64,000 nucleotides of DNA. Origin: Vermamoeba vermiformis (lineage: Eukaryota). The position numbers were made by a program, and so were the translations under genes. Every line of letters starts with the position of its first letter. The first letter of the stretch is position 1. Below are positions 39,291-52,210 of this stretch, one piece after another. Location: the NCBI GenBank assembly GCA_045837725.1, contig JBEWZL010000232.1, positions 248,001-312,000 on the forward strand, in the 5' to 3' direction. Under the pieces are notes generated by a model, which was not told where the DNA came from, did no database searches, and was given only the letters and a program-made list of their open reading frames with translations.

Positions 39291-39826
39291 ATTCTTCCGG
39301 TTATAATTTAATTATTCTCCATTTAATTGCTTGTCACTGTCGAGCTCGAAATGTAAGTTTAATTTTGGCTATCGTTTCACACTTAGTAAAATTATTTTAT
39401 CAAATTTATAATTTCGAGATATAAATCTCCCCCGTAACCGACGACCTTGGCAACCGCCACGAAGTGGAAGATAGAGGATAGATGATCGCCGATTCCTCCC
39501 CTTGAACGATACGAAAAACCCCGCGATCGGAGTCTCATCCGCAACCGAAACCGATCTGTGCATGCTGAATCAACAGCCGCTTAAGATAAATGCATATGAC
39601 ATCATATTTTAGAGTGTAATCGCGCAAAGCAATAAGGCGTAATACTTTTCAGATCAACCGAAGTTCATTTTCGCTTCTCTCACTGATTGCCTTCGGCGCG
39701 ACTAACCACTATATTAATATTGGTTAAGAGTTATTTTACTCTAACAATGAGAGTTGTTGCGTGCTGTTGCTGGGTGGAACATACAACACAATTTTATTTC
39801 GTTAGTTTTTTATTGAACACGCAGCC

Positions 39827-42448
39827 ATGTCTTCACGACCAAACAACCCTCGCGGGGGTAGCAGTAACCGCGGTCAACAACATGGTGGCAATAGAGGCGG
39901 TCAGTCGCGTGGCCAGTCTACCAATTACCGCGGCAACAATAACAGAAATAATACTAGCAATAGCAACAATTACCACAAAAAAAATAACAATGATAACCAA
40001 GATCAACAAGGACCTACTAAGAAAGAAATTCAAGAGAAGCAGCGACAAAAAATATGGGTAATTTTATTTCAACAATTTTTCTCAATTTCAATTCAAAATT
40101 AATTTGTTGCTTAGACCGAGGAACAAAAACTAGAGGAAGAGATAAGAAAATACGACCAAGAAAAAATATCTTCGCCTCAACCTTTAGAGAGTTCATTCTC
40201 GCTCATGAAAAACGATCTAGGTGAACTGACAAAAGTTGAAGATCTGTCTCCTCGATGGCTCAAACACTACGATTTTATGGCATTTTTCCCCGAGGATAAC
40301 GGTAATTACAATTTAATTATCTATTTCAAGCTCAAGTCTCACGAGAAGTAATTACAGAAAAAGATGATATCATCGCTCTGTTGATAGAAGATGTCACTGA
40401 TTTGTTGAAGCTCAAATACAACCGCTTTTGGAGTCACATTATTTACGATAAGAGCTTGCAGAAGTTTTTGGATACTTATCTGCGCTATGTCAAGCGTCCT
40501 TACGAGCCCATCCAGGACGGTAAGAGTGCCCTCCTATTATTGCCTTTAGCTGACGCATCTACTTAGGACCTTTGCAACAAGAGCTCTTCTTATGCGTGTT
40601 CAAAGTACTGGTTCGTTTGTCCACTTATCGCGAGAGTCCCACACACTTTATGAGCAAGGAGTTCTATGCCTCGTTGATTGTCAAACACGAGGTCTTGGAC
40701 ATTGCCAAGTTATTTGATATTTGCAGTATTTACGGCCCGTATAATCCAACACTGTTAACTAAGATGATTGGCCAGCTGTTCAGCGTCATCGACAAGCTCA
40801 AAGCAGATCTACACCAGGCAATTGTATTGATGAGCAAAGTGTTTGTTGAACTCAAACAGAAGCTCATCAAGGCACTATCACTCGATGACGAACATGCTGA
40901 ACAACGTGTCGGAGAAGTCACTGAACTGTGCACTTACATGACCGACATCTCAACTACTTTGTCGTCCTTCATCAAGATCTACCCTGCTGCGATTGATGTA
41001 TTGCGCGATGAGCACTATGTTGCATCTATCAGCAAACTCTATGACTCGGTTATACCCGCCCTGGAAGAGCACTACCAAGTGGATTTGGAATTGCAATTAC
41101 GCTTTTCGAAGAAGTGTCTGCTGGAAATAGTGGACCTTGTGATCAAAGACGGCTATTTGTTGCCTCTCAAGGACGAAAAGCTGACCCAAGAGATGAAGAG
41201 ACAACGAGCACGCGATGCCGCAGATGAACTGACCAAACTGTTGTCTCAAATGAGCGCTGCTGATGAAAAGAGGAACTACGCAGCGTTCAAGGAGCAGTGG
41301 ATTGGCACTATGATTCGAGACTATCACAAGAAATATGACTTTATTCAACAGATCTCTGCTTTGGATTCCTTTGTGTAAGTTGTGCTACCGTCAAGTAGAT
41401 CCGGACTAACCATCTCTTGCAGTGAATCTGCGCGTATTCAACAGCTCAAGAATCAATACACTTCAGTGTGTGCAGGTGTCTCAAGTGCAGCTGGCAAACC
41501 TGCACAACCAGCAGCCGATTCAGCCAAAGTTCAATCCATGGTCAGTCACGTGCGAGAGCTGTTGCCGAACTACAGCGAAGGGTTTATTCTCGTATGCTTG
41601 CATCACTTCAAGTACAATCAAGATCAAGTGGTCAACAGTCTGCTCGAGAATGCTCTGCCAGCAGAATTGAAGGCCGTCAGCCACAATATTTCTATGAACG
41701 AGGCCAAGGCCATTGTCGGTAAACCAGACACTGCAGCTGTGTCCAGTCTCAGCGATCGCACTCGAGGAAATGAAGCCTTTGATATTATTAGTGACAAGTC
41801 TCGCGTTTTGTTGCCCAAGAGGTGAGTTGGCTTGTAAATTCGTAATATCGATTATGATTCACTCAATTTATTAACAGTCACCGCAAGAATGATTGGGAAA
41901 ATGAGTTGAATGACAAGTCCTGGCTCAATAACAACGTGAAACAGAAGCTACTCAACACAGTGTACGATGACGAGCCGGATGACTCGTTAGATGAGTTCCA
42001 AAATCTTACTATTGTGGATGGTGAGACGGTCGATGAAGAACAAGAAACACTGCGCAAGTCACTCACCCTGCGCAACCCTAATCCTGACGAAGAAGAGGAC
42101 GAGCAGGGCACCGAGAACTATCAAGGTGGAGAAGATGATGAAGATACAGACGAAGACAACGAGTCTAACACCAACACCAATGCTCAACGAGGACGTGGCA
42201 CCGTGCGTGGATCTAACTCGCGCGGTCGAGGAGAGCGTGGTGCACACAGAGGTCGTGGACGAGGCAGTGACGCGCACCAAGGACAAGACGATGAGGAAGA
42301 AGGTGAGGAGCACTCTGGTCGCGGAGGTCGAGGTGGCCGTGGAGCCCCTCGCGGAGGTCGTGGCGGTCCTCGATTGACGGGTGCTACCGCGAACAAGTGG
42401 AAGTCACACAACAGAAAGGAAATGTCGTCGCGAAAACGTAAAATGTAA
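39827..42448 (+). CDS. ASCC2: Activating signal cointegrator 1 complex subunit 2 (CUE domain)
   Basis: LLKLKYNRFWSHIIYDKSLQKFLDTYL, LDIAKLFDICSIYG, CUE domain VRELLPNYSEGFI..VVNSLLE, YDDEPDDS, RGG tail ending HNRKEMSSRKR. Confidence 0.88.
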
Positions 42449-42518
42449 AGCTGTACGACACTAAATTGTGAATATGTTCATCGCGATCGATTAATGCCCG
42501 CAGCTATTAATTTCACTT

Positions 42519-45496
42519 ATGCAATACCGTGTGCTCGGTCAGGTGATTTCACGTGGACAAAAAATACTCCGTGAACGAGGGTTTATTTCAAATTATTTTT
42601 TGAGCTCGAAACTACACGTATTAGGCAGACAAGTACAATGTATTCGGTACGATATCTTACGCATCAAACGATCGATAAAATTATCGTGGATCAATGGCAT
42701 CTACTCCGGCCGTGTTGAGCATTCCGACCTAATTTAAATTTATTTATTAGGTGCTAAGAAATCCTCGTGTGCTCGGCTCATTCAAGAACGCCCACAATGT
42801 TCTTGGGAAAAAGTAATTACTCGTCATAAAAATTTTTCAAATTAGAAAATTTAATTATTGATAATAGACATGACACAATAGCGTTATTAATTCCAAATAA
42901 TTATACAATAACTAAATTGCTAACCGTTATGTTTTTATCCGATAATTCAGAAACGATCTGCGCAGTAGAACTCTGTGGCGTGATTACTCTTTAAAAAAGC
43001 CAGACATGGTTAATAAGGTCAACACCTTGGCGCAAAAGAAGCCAAACACATTGTTTGGACGTAAGTTCTTTAAGCGTTTACGTTTACCAGAGATTCATGA
43101 ATCTAAAACGTGTTTCAGAACTTCAACGCAGATTGTACAGTACAACTCCTGAATCTAATGGAGCTGGACAAGCGACGAAGAAGACCTTTTCACGACGACG
43201 AATTTGGAAAATGATGAGTGGATCTGCAGGTCAGAAGACGGCAGGCGAAGCATCTAGCGCAGCCAAAGCTTCGGAGACTATGTGGGCTCGCATTGTAGAG
43301 TCATTCAGATACCCAATGCAAATTATTGGACGAGTACGGCATCGCGAATATTTAATTATTTCGGCAGTCCTAATGAACGTTACATTTCAGGATCCCAAAC
43401 GATTGGAGGCTTATTTAGCGATGCTCGCAGCACGCGGCGATTGGATGAAAGTCATGGTGGCATTTGAAAAGTATGTTGAGTTGTCTGTGCAATGTATTTA
43501 CGACAAATACTAATTCGATTGTAGTGCCAAGCCGTGGGCGCAAACAGACGCAGCCCTGCGCTATTACATGGAAGCAGTGGTTGAGGCTGACAAGCGAAAA
43601 ATGATCTCATTGCCCGAGTACGTGCGATCATACGGAGGATCATTTGGAGGCAATCGTGGTCCTCTCGGTGGTGGCGCGGGACCTCGTCAACCGCTGCACG
43701 TAGCACTGGCCACGAACTGGGCCTATCTGTTGATCTACATCATCATGGGCCTCGCATTCTTGATCATCTTCTTCTTGACTTTCCGCTCGTCTGGCATGAA
43801 CAACTTGTTGTAATACCTTGCAGAGCGACTTTAAGATGACTAATACGCGATTGTATTTAGTTCCAAGAAGTACCAGCCCATTGAGACCGCGACAGTGACC
43901 TTTGACGACGTGAAGGGCAATGATGAGGCCAAAGAAGAGTTGAAGGACTTGGTCAGCTATTTGCGCGAGCCATGGAAGTTCAAAGAGCTCGGTGTCAAAG
44001 TGCCCAAAGGTGTCTTGTTAGTGGGTCCTCCCGGCACTGGTAAGACCTTGTTGGCCCGTGCTCTGGCGGGTGAGGCAGGTGTTCCTTTCATCTCCACCAG
44101 CGGCTCTGAATTCGAAGAAATGCTCGTTGGTGTTGGTGCTCGCCGCATTCGCGAGTTATTCCGTAAGTGAAGTTTGACACGAGAGTGAAGCAGTTACTTA
44201 CTTGGCCACAGAAACTGCTCGTGAAAGAGCTCCTTGCATCATCTTCATTGACGAGATTGACGCGTTGGGTTCTCGCCGCGAAGACATCACGAACAGAAAC
44301 AAGATGTCGCTCAATCAACTGCTCGTCGAGTTGGACGGTTTCAGTCCCAGCTCTGGTGTAGTTATCATCGGTGCGACGAACATGGCTGAAATTCTTGACC
44401 CCGCTCTGGTACGTCCTGGTAGATTTGACCGCAAAGTCGTGGTAGAATTGCCTGACGTGAAGGGTCGTCGTGATATTTTGGACCATTACCTCGAGAACAA
44501 GCGCGGTGAAGACGTGAACACTGATACTCTTGCTGCTGCTACACCTGGTTTCTCGGGTGCTGACATTGAAAACATGGTCAACTGGGCTGCAATTGAAGCC
44601 ACCAAGCGACACGAAAAGAAGATTCGCATGCGCCTCTTAGAAGACGCGTTGTTGAATGTGGCTATGGGTCGTGAACGCAAGTCACTGCTGTTGTCTGATC
44701 ACGTCAAGAGACTGTGCGCCTATCACGAGGCTGGTCACGCCATTGTCGCTCTCAACACACCTGGAGCTAGCGCTATTCGCAAGGCCACACTGATCCCTCG
44801 TGGTCACGCACTTGGCATGGTCAACTTCTTGCCCAAGGACGATTCACTTGTCACCAAGAAGGAGCTCCAAGCTCAAATGGACGTGGCCATGGGCGGTCGT
44901 GTCGCTGAAGAGTTGTTCTATGGTCCCAATGAAGTCACTCAAGGTGCTGGATCTGACTTCAAGCAAGCAACATCTATTGCCAAACAGATGGTCACCAAGC
45001 TCGGCATGAGTGAGAAAGTTGGTCCTATTCACTTGGGCGAGCGCGATCTCAAGCAGTTGAGTCCTGACATGCACAACCTCGTTGAAAATGAGATTCGTCG
45101 CCTGTTGGACGTAAGTACCAGTGTTATTATTAACAATGTGAATGTCAGTGCTCATTGCTGTTGTAGGAATCTTATTCACGATCACGTCAAGTGTTGACTG
45201 ACAAAAAAGAGCAAGTGAATCGATTGGCTGCAGCACTGCTCAAGTACGAGACCTTGTCCTTGGAAGAGATCAATCAAGTCATTCAAGGTCACGAGTTGAA
45301 GCACAAACTCGAAGAAATGACGCGTGAAAAAGCAATTGAAGAACAACGTCGTCGCGATGAAGCTGAATTGAAGCGCAAGCTCAAGGACGAGCGTGCACAA
45401 CAACTTGCCGAGTTGAAGCGTATGCTGGAGGGCTATGAAAAGAAGGAACCAGCTACTTCACGCATGGATAAGAAAGAACAAGAGCAAGATAATTAA
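42519..45496 (+). CDS. YME1: Mitochondrial i-AAA protease YME1/FtsH
   Basis: [29 protein letters not shown] and HEAGH motifs; one TM helix before the AAA domain. 5' exons inferred. Confidence 0.88.
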
Positions 45497-45568
45497 GACT
45501 ACTGCATTAGCCACTGCTTTTATTAGCAGATCCATCAACCCACTGTAAATAAGTAAATAGTTTTGCGC

Positions 45569-46376
45569 TTACGACAAACAATGCAGCAACAGGACAATAA
45601 TGCTTTGCAACCAAGAGTCAGGGGCAAATAAAAATGAAATTGCTCCGGATGTGTTCTCTGGCGCTGCGAGCGGGACACTTGTTGGCTCGTTGGTTGTTGT
45701 AGGTGGGATCCCATCTGAACTGGGCAGGCAAACATTGGGCCTGTTCAATAAAGTGCCTCCTGCGCATGTTCCAGCAGCGACAGGGATCACTTGGAATGGT
45801 TGGAGCGTGGTGCTGCAGTTGGTGTTGCACGTGAAATCTTGACAGCGTGTCAACCAGGGATATCCCGTGCTGTTGCAGTGCATAATCTGATAGGAATACG
45901 AATCTCCGCGGTCACTAACAATGCAGGTATCGAGCTTTGGTTGCCATGTTTCTCGGGCAAGATGAGTACAGTTTTCATCCGTAGCATCAGTGTAGTATAG
46001 CATCAGCGTGTCAGGGGCCTGATCCGAACACACAACTTGGATGCCGTTGTCGCAATTATTAGGAGCGGCTTGCACAGTATTTGAAGGCTGTTGGCCGCAC
46101 GTATTTGATGAATAAGTTGTTATCGTTGGGTTGTTTCCTTCGCACGTATTGAGCGCACCTTGGTAACAGGCTAAATATTTGTAGGCACCCACAACTTGAC
46201 CACTGCAATCATTGCCGCTCCAGTGCAGCGACCAGAAGTTTTTTGCTAAGCATGTAGATAACAAGGCCAACACTGTGTAAGATAACAAGATGGATCGCAC
46301 TAAATTATTGCAAATTATATTAATATCAATTTTTTTCCCATCAAGTCCCAAAGATTGGACGCATATACATACCCAT
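45569..46376 (-). CDS. Secreted or surface Cys-rich protein, possibly GPI-anchored
   Basis: 4-nt coding first exon (ATGG, 46376-46373) spliced to VRSILLSYTVLALLSTCLA gives a signal peptide. Many Cys, a Thr/Pro stalk and a hydrophobic C-terminus follow. Confidence 0.7.
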
Positions 46377-46504
46377 TATTTGTGTTGATCAATGCAAGGC
46401 GGAATAACACAATAAATAAAAGTTATGATTCGTGTACCACATGTCATCAATCACGGACAAACACAGCCAAACAAGCAGCAATGTTAAAGCTCAGATTTAT
46501 TGCT

Positions 46505-46573
46505 GTTAAAGCATATCACTTGTTGTGACCTCAATGCATTGAGTTAGTCGTAAACAAGGTCATTCGCATTAAC
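46505..46573 (-). promoter_or_regulatory. SECIS element (type II) in the 3' UTR of the selenophosphate synthetase gene
   Basis: Minus strand: GTTAATGC GA ATGAC CTTGTT TAC GAC T AA CTCAATGCATTGAG GTC AC AACAAG TGAT AT GCTTTAAC. Shows helix I, AUGA/GA core, helix II, unpaired AA and an apical minihelix; AATAAA follows at 46501-46496. Confidence 0.88.
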
Positions 46574-46745
46574 TAGATCTGAGCGAGAGAAAAGTTGTAA
46601 CGGGTCCCCCAATAGTAGGATTAGTAATATATCATGATACCAGCTGCAATAGTACCATAATACGTAGGTTTAGGTGATAGAAAGTAATCGAATTATGTTT
46701 GAAAGTGCATTGTAGTGCTCCTCTCGAAGTGGATCTTGATCTGAT

Positions 46746-48425
46746 TTAGAACTCGGTCTTGGTGTTGAGTTTGATCTTGTCGCGCGGTGGCATGACTGAA
46801 ATGATCTTCAAGTTGTCTTTGTCAATGAAAGCGTGCTCGTCCAGTGTTGTGGTCTGTCCTTCAATGACCTCGCCAATGATCCACGCAGGCTGTCCTTCGA
46901 GCTCTTCAATCTCACGACAAAATTGTTCCGCTTTGTCACGTGGCATCATCATGAGCAGTCCTCCACTCGTCTCAGCTGAAGTGCCCTCGAGCAGTCTGAA
47001 CACGTTCATCGAACTGCTCACCACGTCCATGTGAGCTATGACGGGCAGCGTGTGAATTCTGAACACGAGGTTCTTGATGTTTTGGTGGTGTGCCAAATTG
47101 CGCGAGTGACCCAACAGACCAAAGCCTGTCACATCAGTGGCACCATGAGCACCTGTGACACGTGTTAGCTGCAATTAGTAATGACAGTACGGGACACTTG
47201 CCATATTTCTTCATCAATTCAGCGGCGGTGCGATTGAGGCGAGACATCGAGAACATGGCGTATTCATACGCTTCAATCGCCTGGCGCTTGTTGGTGTATT
47301 GCTGCGCTTGTTCCCAGCGCGTTGGATTGATATTGAGCCATTGATTGACATTCACGGCCACTTGTGTGCCGATGGGCTTGGTCAACACGAGCACATCACC
47401 GACTTGACCTCCTTTGGGGCTGCAATAACATTGTTAGTGTTCGATTGTTTGATGCCGCATGTCTCGCACGTACTCGACGACATCGTTCTTGTGCGCAATG
47501 CTCGTGACCACTCCACCGATGATGGGCCAGGGATTCAGCTGACACGTGTTAGTCACCCACTCTACGCGACTCTAATAGCCACCAATCACTTACCACTGTT
47601 TGGCCACCTGTCACACTCGAGCCTGCTTCCTTGGCACAGTCTAAACAGCAATCGTCAGTGTCAAGCTGTGGTTTGGTGTGTCATACCATTGAAGCCAGCA
47701 ATAATGGCGCGTGTGACGACGAGTCGCTCGGTCTCGCTCATTTCATTCGAGGCCGCCAACAGCATCAGTATTGTGTCGCAGTTGGTGATGCCCATGGAGA
47801 ACATGTCGCTCAGCACATTGGCGCAACCAATGCGACCCATGTAATACGGATCATCGACGAGTGGATAGAAAAACTGGTTTAGGATGTTAAGGAAATGTTG
47901 ATGTAGTACGATTGAATAGCTTGGGCTATAATAAGTCGAAAGGATACATCCGTTGTCGAAATCATGAGAAGATCCGGGAAACGAGCCAGAGGCTTTACAC
48001 TACAATCCAATCCGTCTGTTTCATGTTCACCTAATCCTAATCCTTCTAATAAATGCAGCAGCTGTTTTTGGGGGACCTTACAACCTGATTGAAATTTAGA
48101 TCTATTCGCCGACGAGTACCAGTAGTCTTACCTCACCCTTTTAATTTAGTGAAGTCTGTTAATCGAAAATCGGGGCGCAAGCCTAGCTTTTGAGGTTGGA
48201 AGGCATAGCTCTAATTAAAAGAATTATTAATTACCTTACAGAATGTATCAAATACGTGCGAAAACTGGCTTTATAATTATGATAATAATCGGTTAATTTT
48301 AGATTAAGTCCCTTAATTAATTTCAGAATGTCGGAATAACAGATCCAGATCTGCATTTTTCAGTCATTTGAAATACTTACCACCTCTTCAAGAACACCCG
48401 AGGACTTATTTTCAGTGTCACTCAT
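46746..48425 (-). CDS. SEPHS2: Selenophosphate synthetase, selenocysteine-containing (SPS2/SelD type)
   Basis: [18 protein letters not shown] (TGA at 48135-48133), [70 protein letters not shown]. Confidence 0.95.
47874..47947 (-). other. U12-type (minor spliceosome) GT-AG intron
   Basis: 5' site GTATCCTTT; branch site TTTCCTTAAC at 47895-47886, ending 12 nt before the intron 3' end. Removal restores [13 protein letters not shown]. Confidence 0.85.
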
Positions 48426-48604
48426 GGTTTTGTAGTGGATAAAAGAAGAGCACTGTTGACCAAACAAAAAATTTGAAGGCGGCGCTTTGTAACTCCGGTC
48501 GACAGGAAGCTTGCTACTTGATGCAGATGATTAATAAGAGGTTACCCATCCAATCTATCAACCCTCAGAACATAATTCTTCACCGTCAGGGCACTTTATT
48601 TAGT

Positions 48605-50420
48605 TTAATTCAAAGTTCGATACATCTTTTCGACTTGATCCACCACTCGGCCGAGCTCCGTATTCAGTGCTTGGATCTTCTCAATCGGATTGTCTTCCAA
48701 TGTAGCTAATGTAACTTGAAGGTCAAAAGTTCCTGCAGAACAACAATTAGACTTCGTATTAATTCGTTCTACTATTAACAATTATCTTACTATACGCGTC
48801 GATGAGTCTATTGAATTCTTTCTTCAGCTCTGAGAATTTTTGTTCTGTGGTCAGCGCAGAGGTGCTGTTCAGTGCCGGCGCTTTTGGTGCCATTGGTGGA
48901 AGTGGCGGGAGAGGAGCGTTATTGCTGTCATTAGTTTGTGGCGATCCGAGTGGTGGGCGAGGTTGTACTGGCTTTTTCACATGTGACAGCTTGGGCAAAG
49001 TGAACGTGTTGGTTGTGGTAGTTGCCGTCGCTGTTGCCTTCGGAGCCATTGGAGGAGGTGGCGGAGGAAGAGGGCCATTGCTCGAGTTCGTATTGGCAGT
49101 TGGAGCAGCAGTGGTGTTGGTTCCAGCTGATCCAAACTGAGGACTTTTCTTCGGAGCTGCTCCGAAGGTTGACACTTTTCCGCCAAAGTTCGTTTTCGGC
49201 GCAGTTGCTACGACGGTACTCTTGGGCATCATTGGTGGAGGAGGGGGCGTAGAGATATCGCTCGGTGGTAGCACACTCGCGACACTGCCCGTATATGCAA
49301 TCTTGACTGGGGCTTTGGGGATCGGAGTAGAAGCCGCTTGACTTGTTTGAGCCACTTTGACGGACGGTTTAGTGCCGAGCTCGCGGTGCTTGCGTAGCAC
49401 TTTGGTGACCCACTCCCACTTGTTAGCAATGGCGAAGTCGAGCGCAGTCTCCATCTTTCTGTTCTCGAAGTTGAGGTCCGTGCGTGGGTCATTGATGAGC
49501 AGTTCAGCTGCTTCGTCCCACCCGTACGTATTTGCAACGTACATGAGCGCTGTTCTGCCGTGCTTGTCAGTCGCATTGACGTCGGTGCCAGGGTGTTTCA
49601 ACAAGACTTCAATCATCTTAGCCTGAGCCTCCATCTCTCTGTCTCGGGTCCATGACGCTCTACAGGCGGCGATCAGTGGTGTCTCGCCATTGGCATCTCT
49701 GACATTTGGATTCTTGACGTGCGGCAACAACATCTCAGCCAGCTTGGGCTTCCAGCTATTAATGAGCACGAAGAGCGGGTAGTTATATTCTTTGGTCATT
49801 GGCAAGTCTACGATGTCTTTCTCGATCAACGTTCGGACCGCGGCAATAGGCTTGTCTCCTTCACCATGCATCAAGTCGTGTAGCAAGGCCTCGCCAAGGC
49901 CAGCGGACAACTTGACGCCTTTCTGTTGCACTGCAGCATCTAGAACGCTCAGCAAGTCTGCACCCCACTCGTGGATGTTCGCAACCGCTTTGATGTGGTA
50001 GATCAGCTTGCCGTCCGCATACTCGCTCTCGCAATAGTTGTCAATGCTGTAGTTAGGAAATAGAACCAACACGCGCTTTGATGTAGCGTCCTTAAAGCGT
50101 TGCAGAAAAGTTGGATCTTTGGACGACCACCACTCTATCTTTTGAATCAGCGTCGGAATGATGTCTTGGGATAACAAATAGCTCAAGCTCTCATTAGGGG
50201 CATACTCTCCTTGATTATAGAGTGCCCACATGTCCGTTTCGATAGTCCATGCACCAGGTGCAGTCGCTTGAGCTAACTTCGTCATCTGCTTCAACAGTTG
50301 TTCTTGGTCCTCTTTGAAGTTTTGTCGCTCCTCATCCGGCAAGCGAGAGTCATTGCACCAGCTCTTAATTATGGCTAACATGTTCAAATTTGAGCTTGTC
50401 TGGGCTTCGTCTTTCAAATT
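48605..50420 (-). CDS. Ankyrin-repeat protein with poly-proline tracts and C-terminal coiled coil (5' end uncertain)
   Basis: GETPLIAAC, GRTALMYVA and ETALDFAI repeats; PPPPPPM tracts; last exon ends at TAA 48607-48605. Confidence 0.75.
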
Positions 50421-50921
50421 CTGTAATAAATAAAATAATCAGAGTTTGCCGACCTTTTAAATGTTTCAAGTGTGCATTTATGTCCCACTAGAATTCTGGT
50501 TTGTGTTCGGAATGTCTCCTTACACTAGACATACCAGTAGTTCCGTTCATCGGAAAACCTCGGCCGAGACTCTGCTATGAGTAAATTATGAGTTTACTGA
50601 TCTTTTAGTTCTATTGAGTGAGTGGTTGACAGGCCAGCCACAAATAATTACCCGATTCCAAAAAAGGAGAAATCAACAACAATTTAGATACCTACGTGAT
50701 TCCTTCTAGATGTGTGCTTCGTTTATCATCGCCCGAGCGCTTCATATGCTCAACCATCTTGAGTTAATGTGATGTCTGCGGTTCGGAAGTTAGGAACAAC
50801 AACTTTTCGGTACACTTCCACATTAGTCATCTGCATGCTAATCGAATCGATTTCACAACGTAATACCACTTGGCTATCATAGCGAGCAGATAACGTCAAC
50901 GCCATTTAAATCATCCTTGTT

Positions 50922-52063
50922 TTACTTCTTTTTGTCAGTTTTGCTCTTCTCAAGTTCAGGTGTCAGTGCCTGCTTGTCAGTTGATTTGTTCTTGTTGTTC
51001 GCACGGTACTTGGTCTTAGTCGTGTTACTATTGTCGTTATTATTAGCTGATACTCGTCGCAAGTTCTGTTCGTATTGTGCAGCGGGCAACAGTTCTTTGT
51101 GCATCTGCTTCAGTTTGTTCAAGCCAACAGTCGCTAATGTCCTGTCATTCACTGCTGATAGTCCCAACAGATATGCCTCGCCGTTTTTCTAAAATAAGAC
51201 GGAGTTATTATCACTAGTAATGAGTGTCGCTCGTATTGCGTACCTTTCTAGCTTGCTCGATCTGTTTCGAGCGGATGAAATGAATGACAGGATAGGGTGA
51301 TCGTGAGGTATAATTAGCCGTGCTGGCCTCAGGGTCGTCAGTAGCATCAGCGTAGGTGAATGAAGGGTGGAACAGTGCGAGTTGAATGGGATTTCCTTAA
51401 TGAACGATATCAGTAATCATGAGTACTTGCAGGCCATCGCTCGTACCAGCAGTCTCAATCAGCTCTTGCATGAGATTGACAAATTGATTGAACTCCACGA
51501 ATGAATACATGCGTTCAATGCCGCTCACTGCAAGCAGTTTGGTCGTCTCGCTCTTCTTGTTGTTCTTGGACATCAAGCGCACGTGCTTCAAGACCTCTTC
51601 TTGCAAATCCTCCATGGTCTTGGCTTTAGACACCTAATGCACGATAAGTCAGTCAGTGGATTAAGATAGAGACCTGCACACTTACACGATAGAGGATCTT
51701 GTTTTTCTTTTGAGCAGTGACGGCAAAAGGGCACAGTTTGTAGCGCAAGACGATTGACTCGACCCAATCTTTGGTAGCTTGTTTGACTACATCTTTAGGG
51801 GCTTGTTCGTACTGGACTTGGGCTGGATCGACCGAAAGATCAGCGACAGAATAATAATTAAAAATATTAATTTAAATTATTAGGTGCTTAGCGCTTGCAA
51901 AATATTGTCTAAATATGAAGATTTCACGACTGAAATAATTTTAAAACTTACCAGCAAGTAGTTTTCTGCGGCTCACTTGTGCTGAGGTTCTGCTAATTGA
52001 TTTAGCGAGGCGAATTGTTCGATAAAGATATGTCCTTGATGGGTTTAACAACCTATTCAACAT
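50922..52063 (-). CDS. DUF1415-family protein with probable mitochondrial presequence
   Basis: TKDWVESIVLRYKLCPFA, IQLALFHP, NYTSRSPYPVIHFIR; Arg-rich N-terminus MLNRLLNPSRTYLYRTIRL. Confidence 0.8.
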
Positions 52064-52210
52064 CGTTTGTTTTTGTGCGTTATGTTAGAGTTTCTGAAGA
52101 TCTGTCAACGCGATAGCAAGGAACCGAACACAATTTATTAAATTTAACAAATGAAGAAATCATATTCGGCAGATGTCGCCTAAAGTTACGTAAGAGATAG
52201 TATATTAATA

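Noticed and set aside
48133-48135. Selenophosphate synthetase as a pseudogene with a premature stop, or genome-wide UGA reassignment
   Set aside because: The TGA sits at the known Sec position with a SECIS downstream, and other genes here end normally at TGA.
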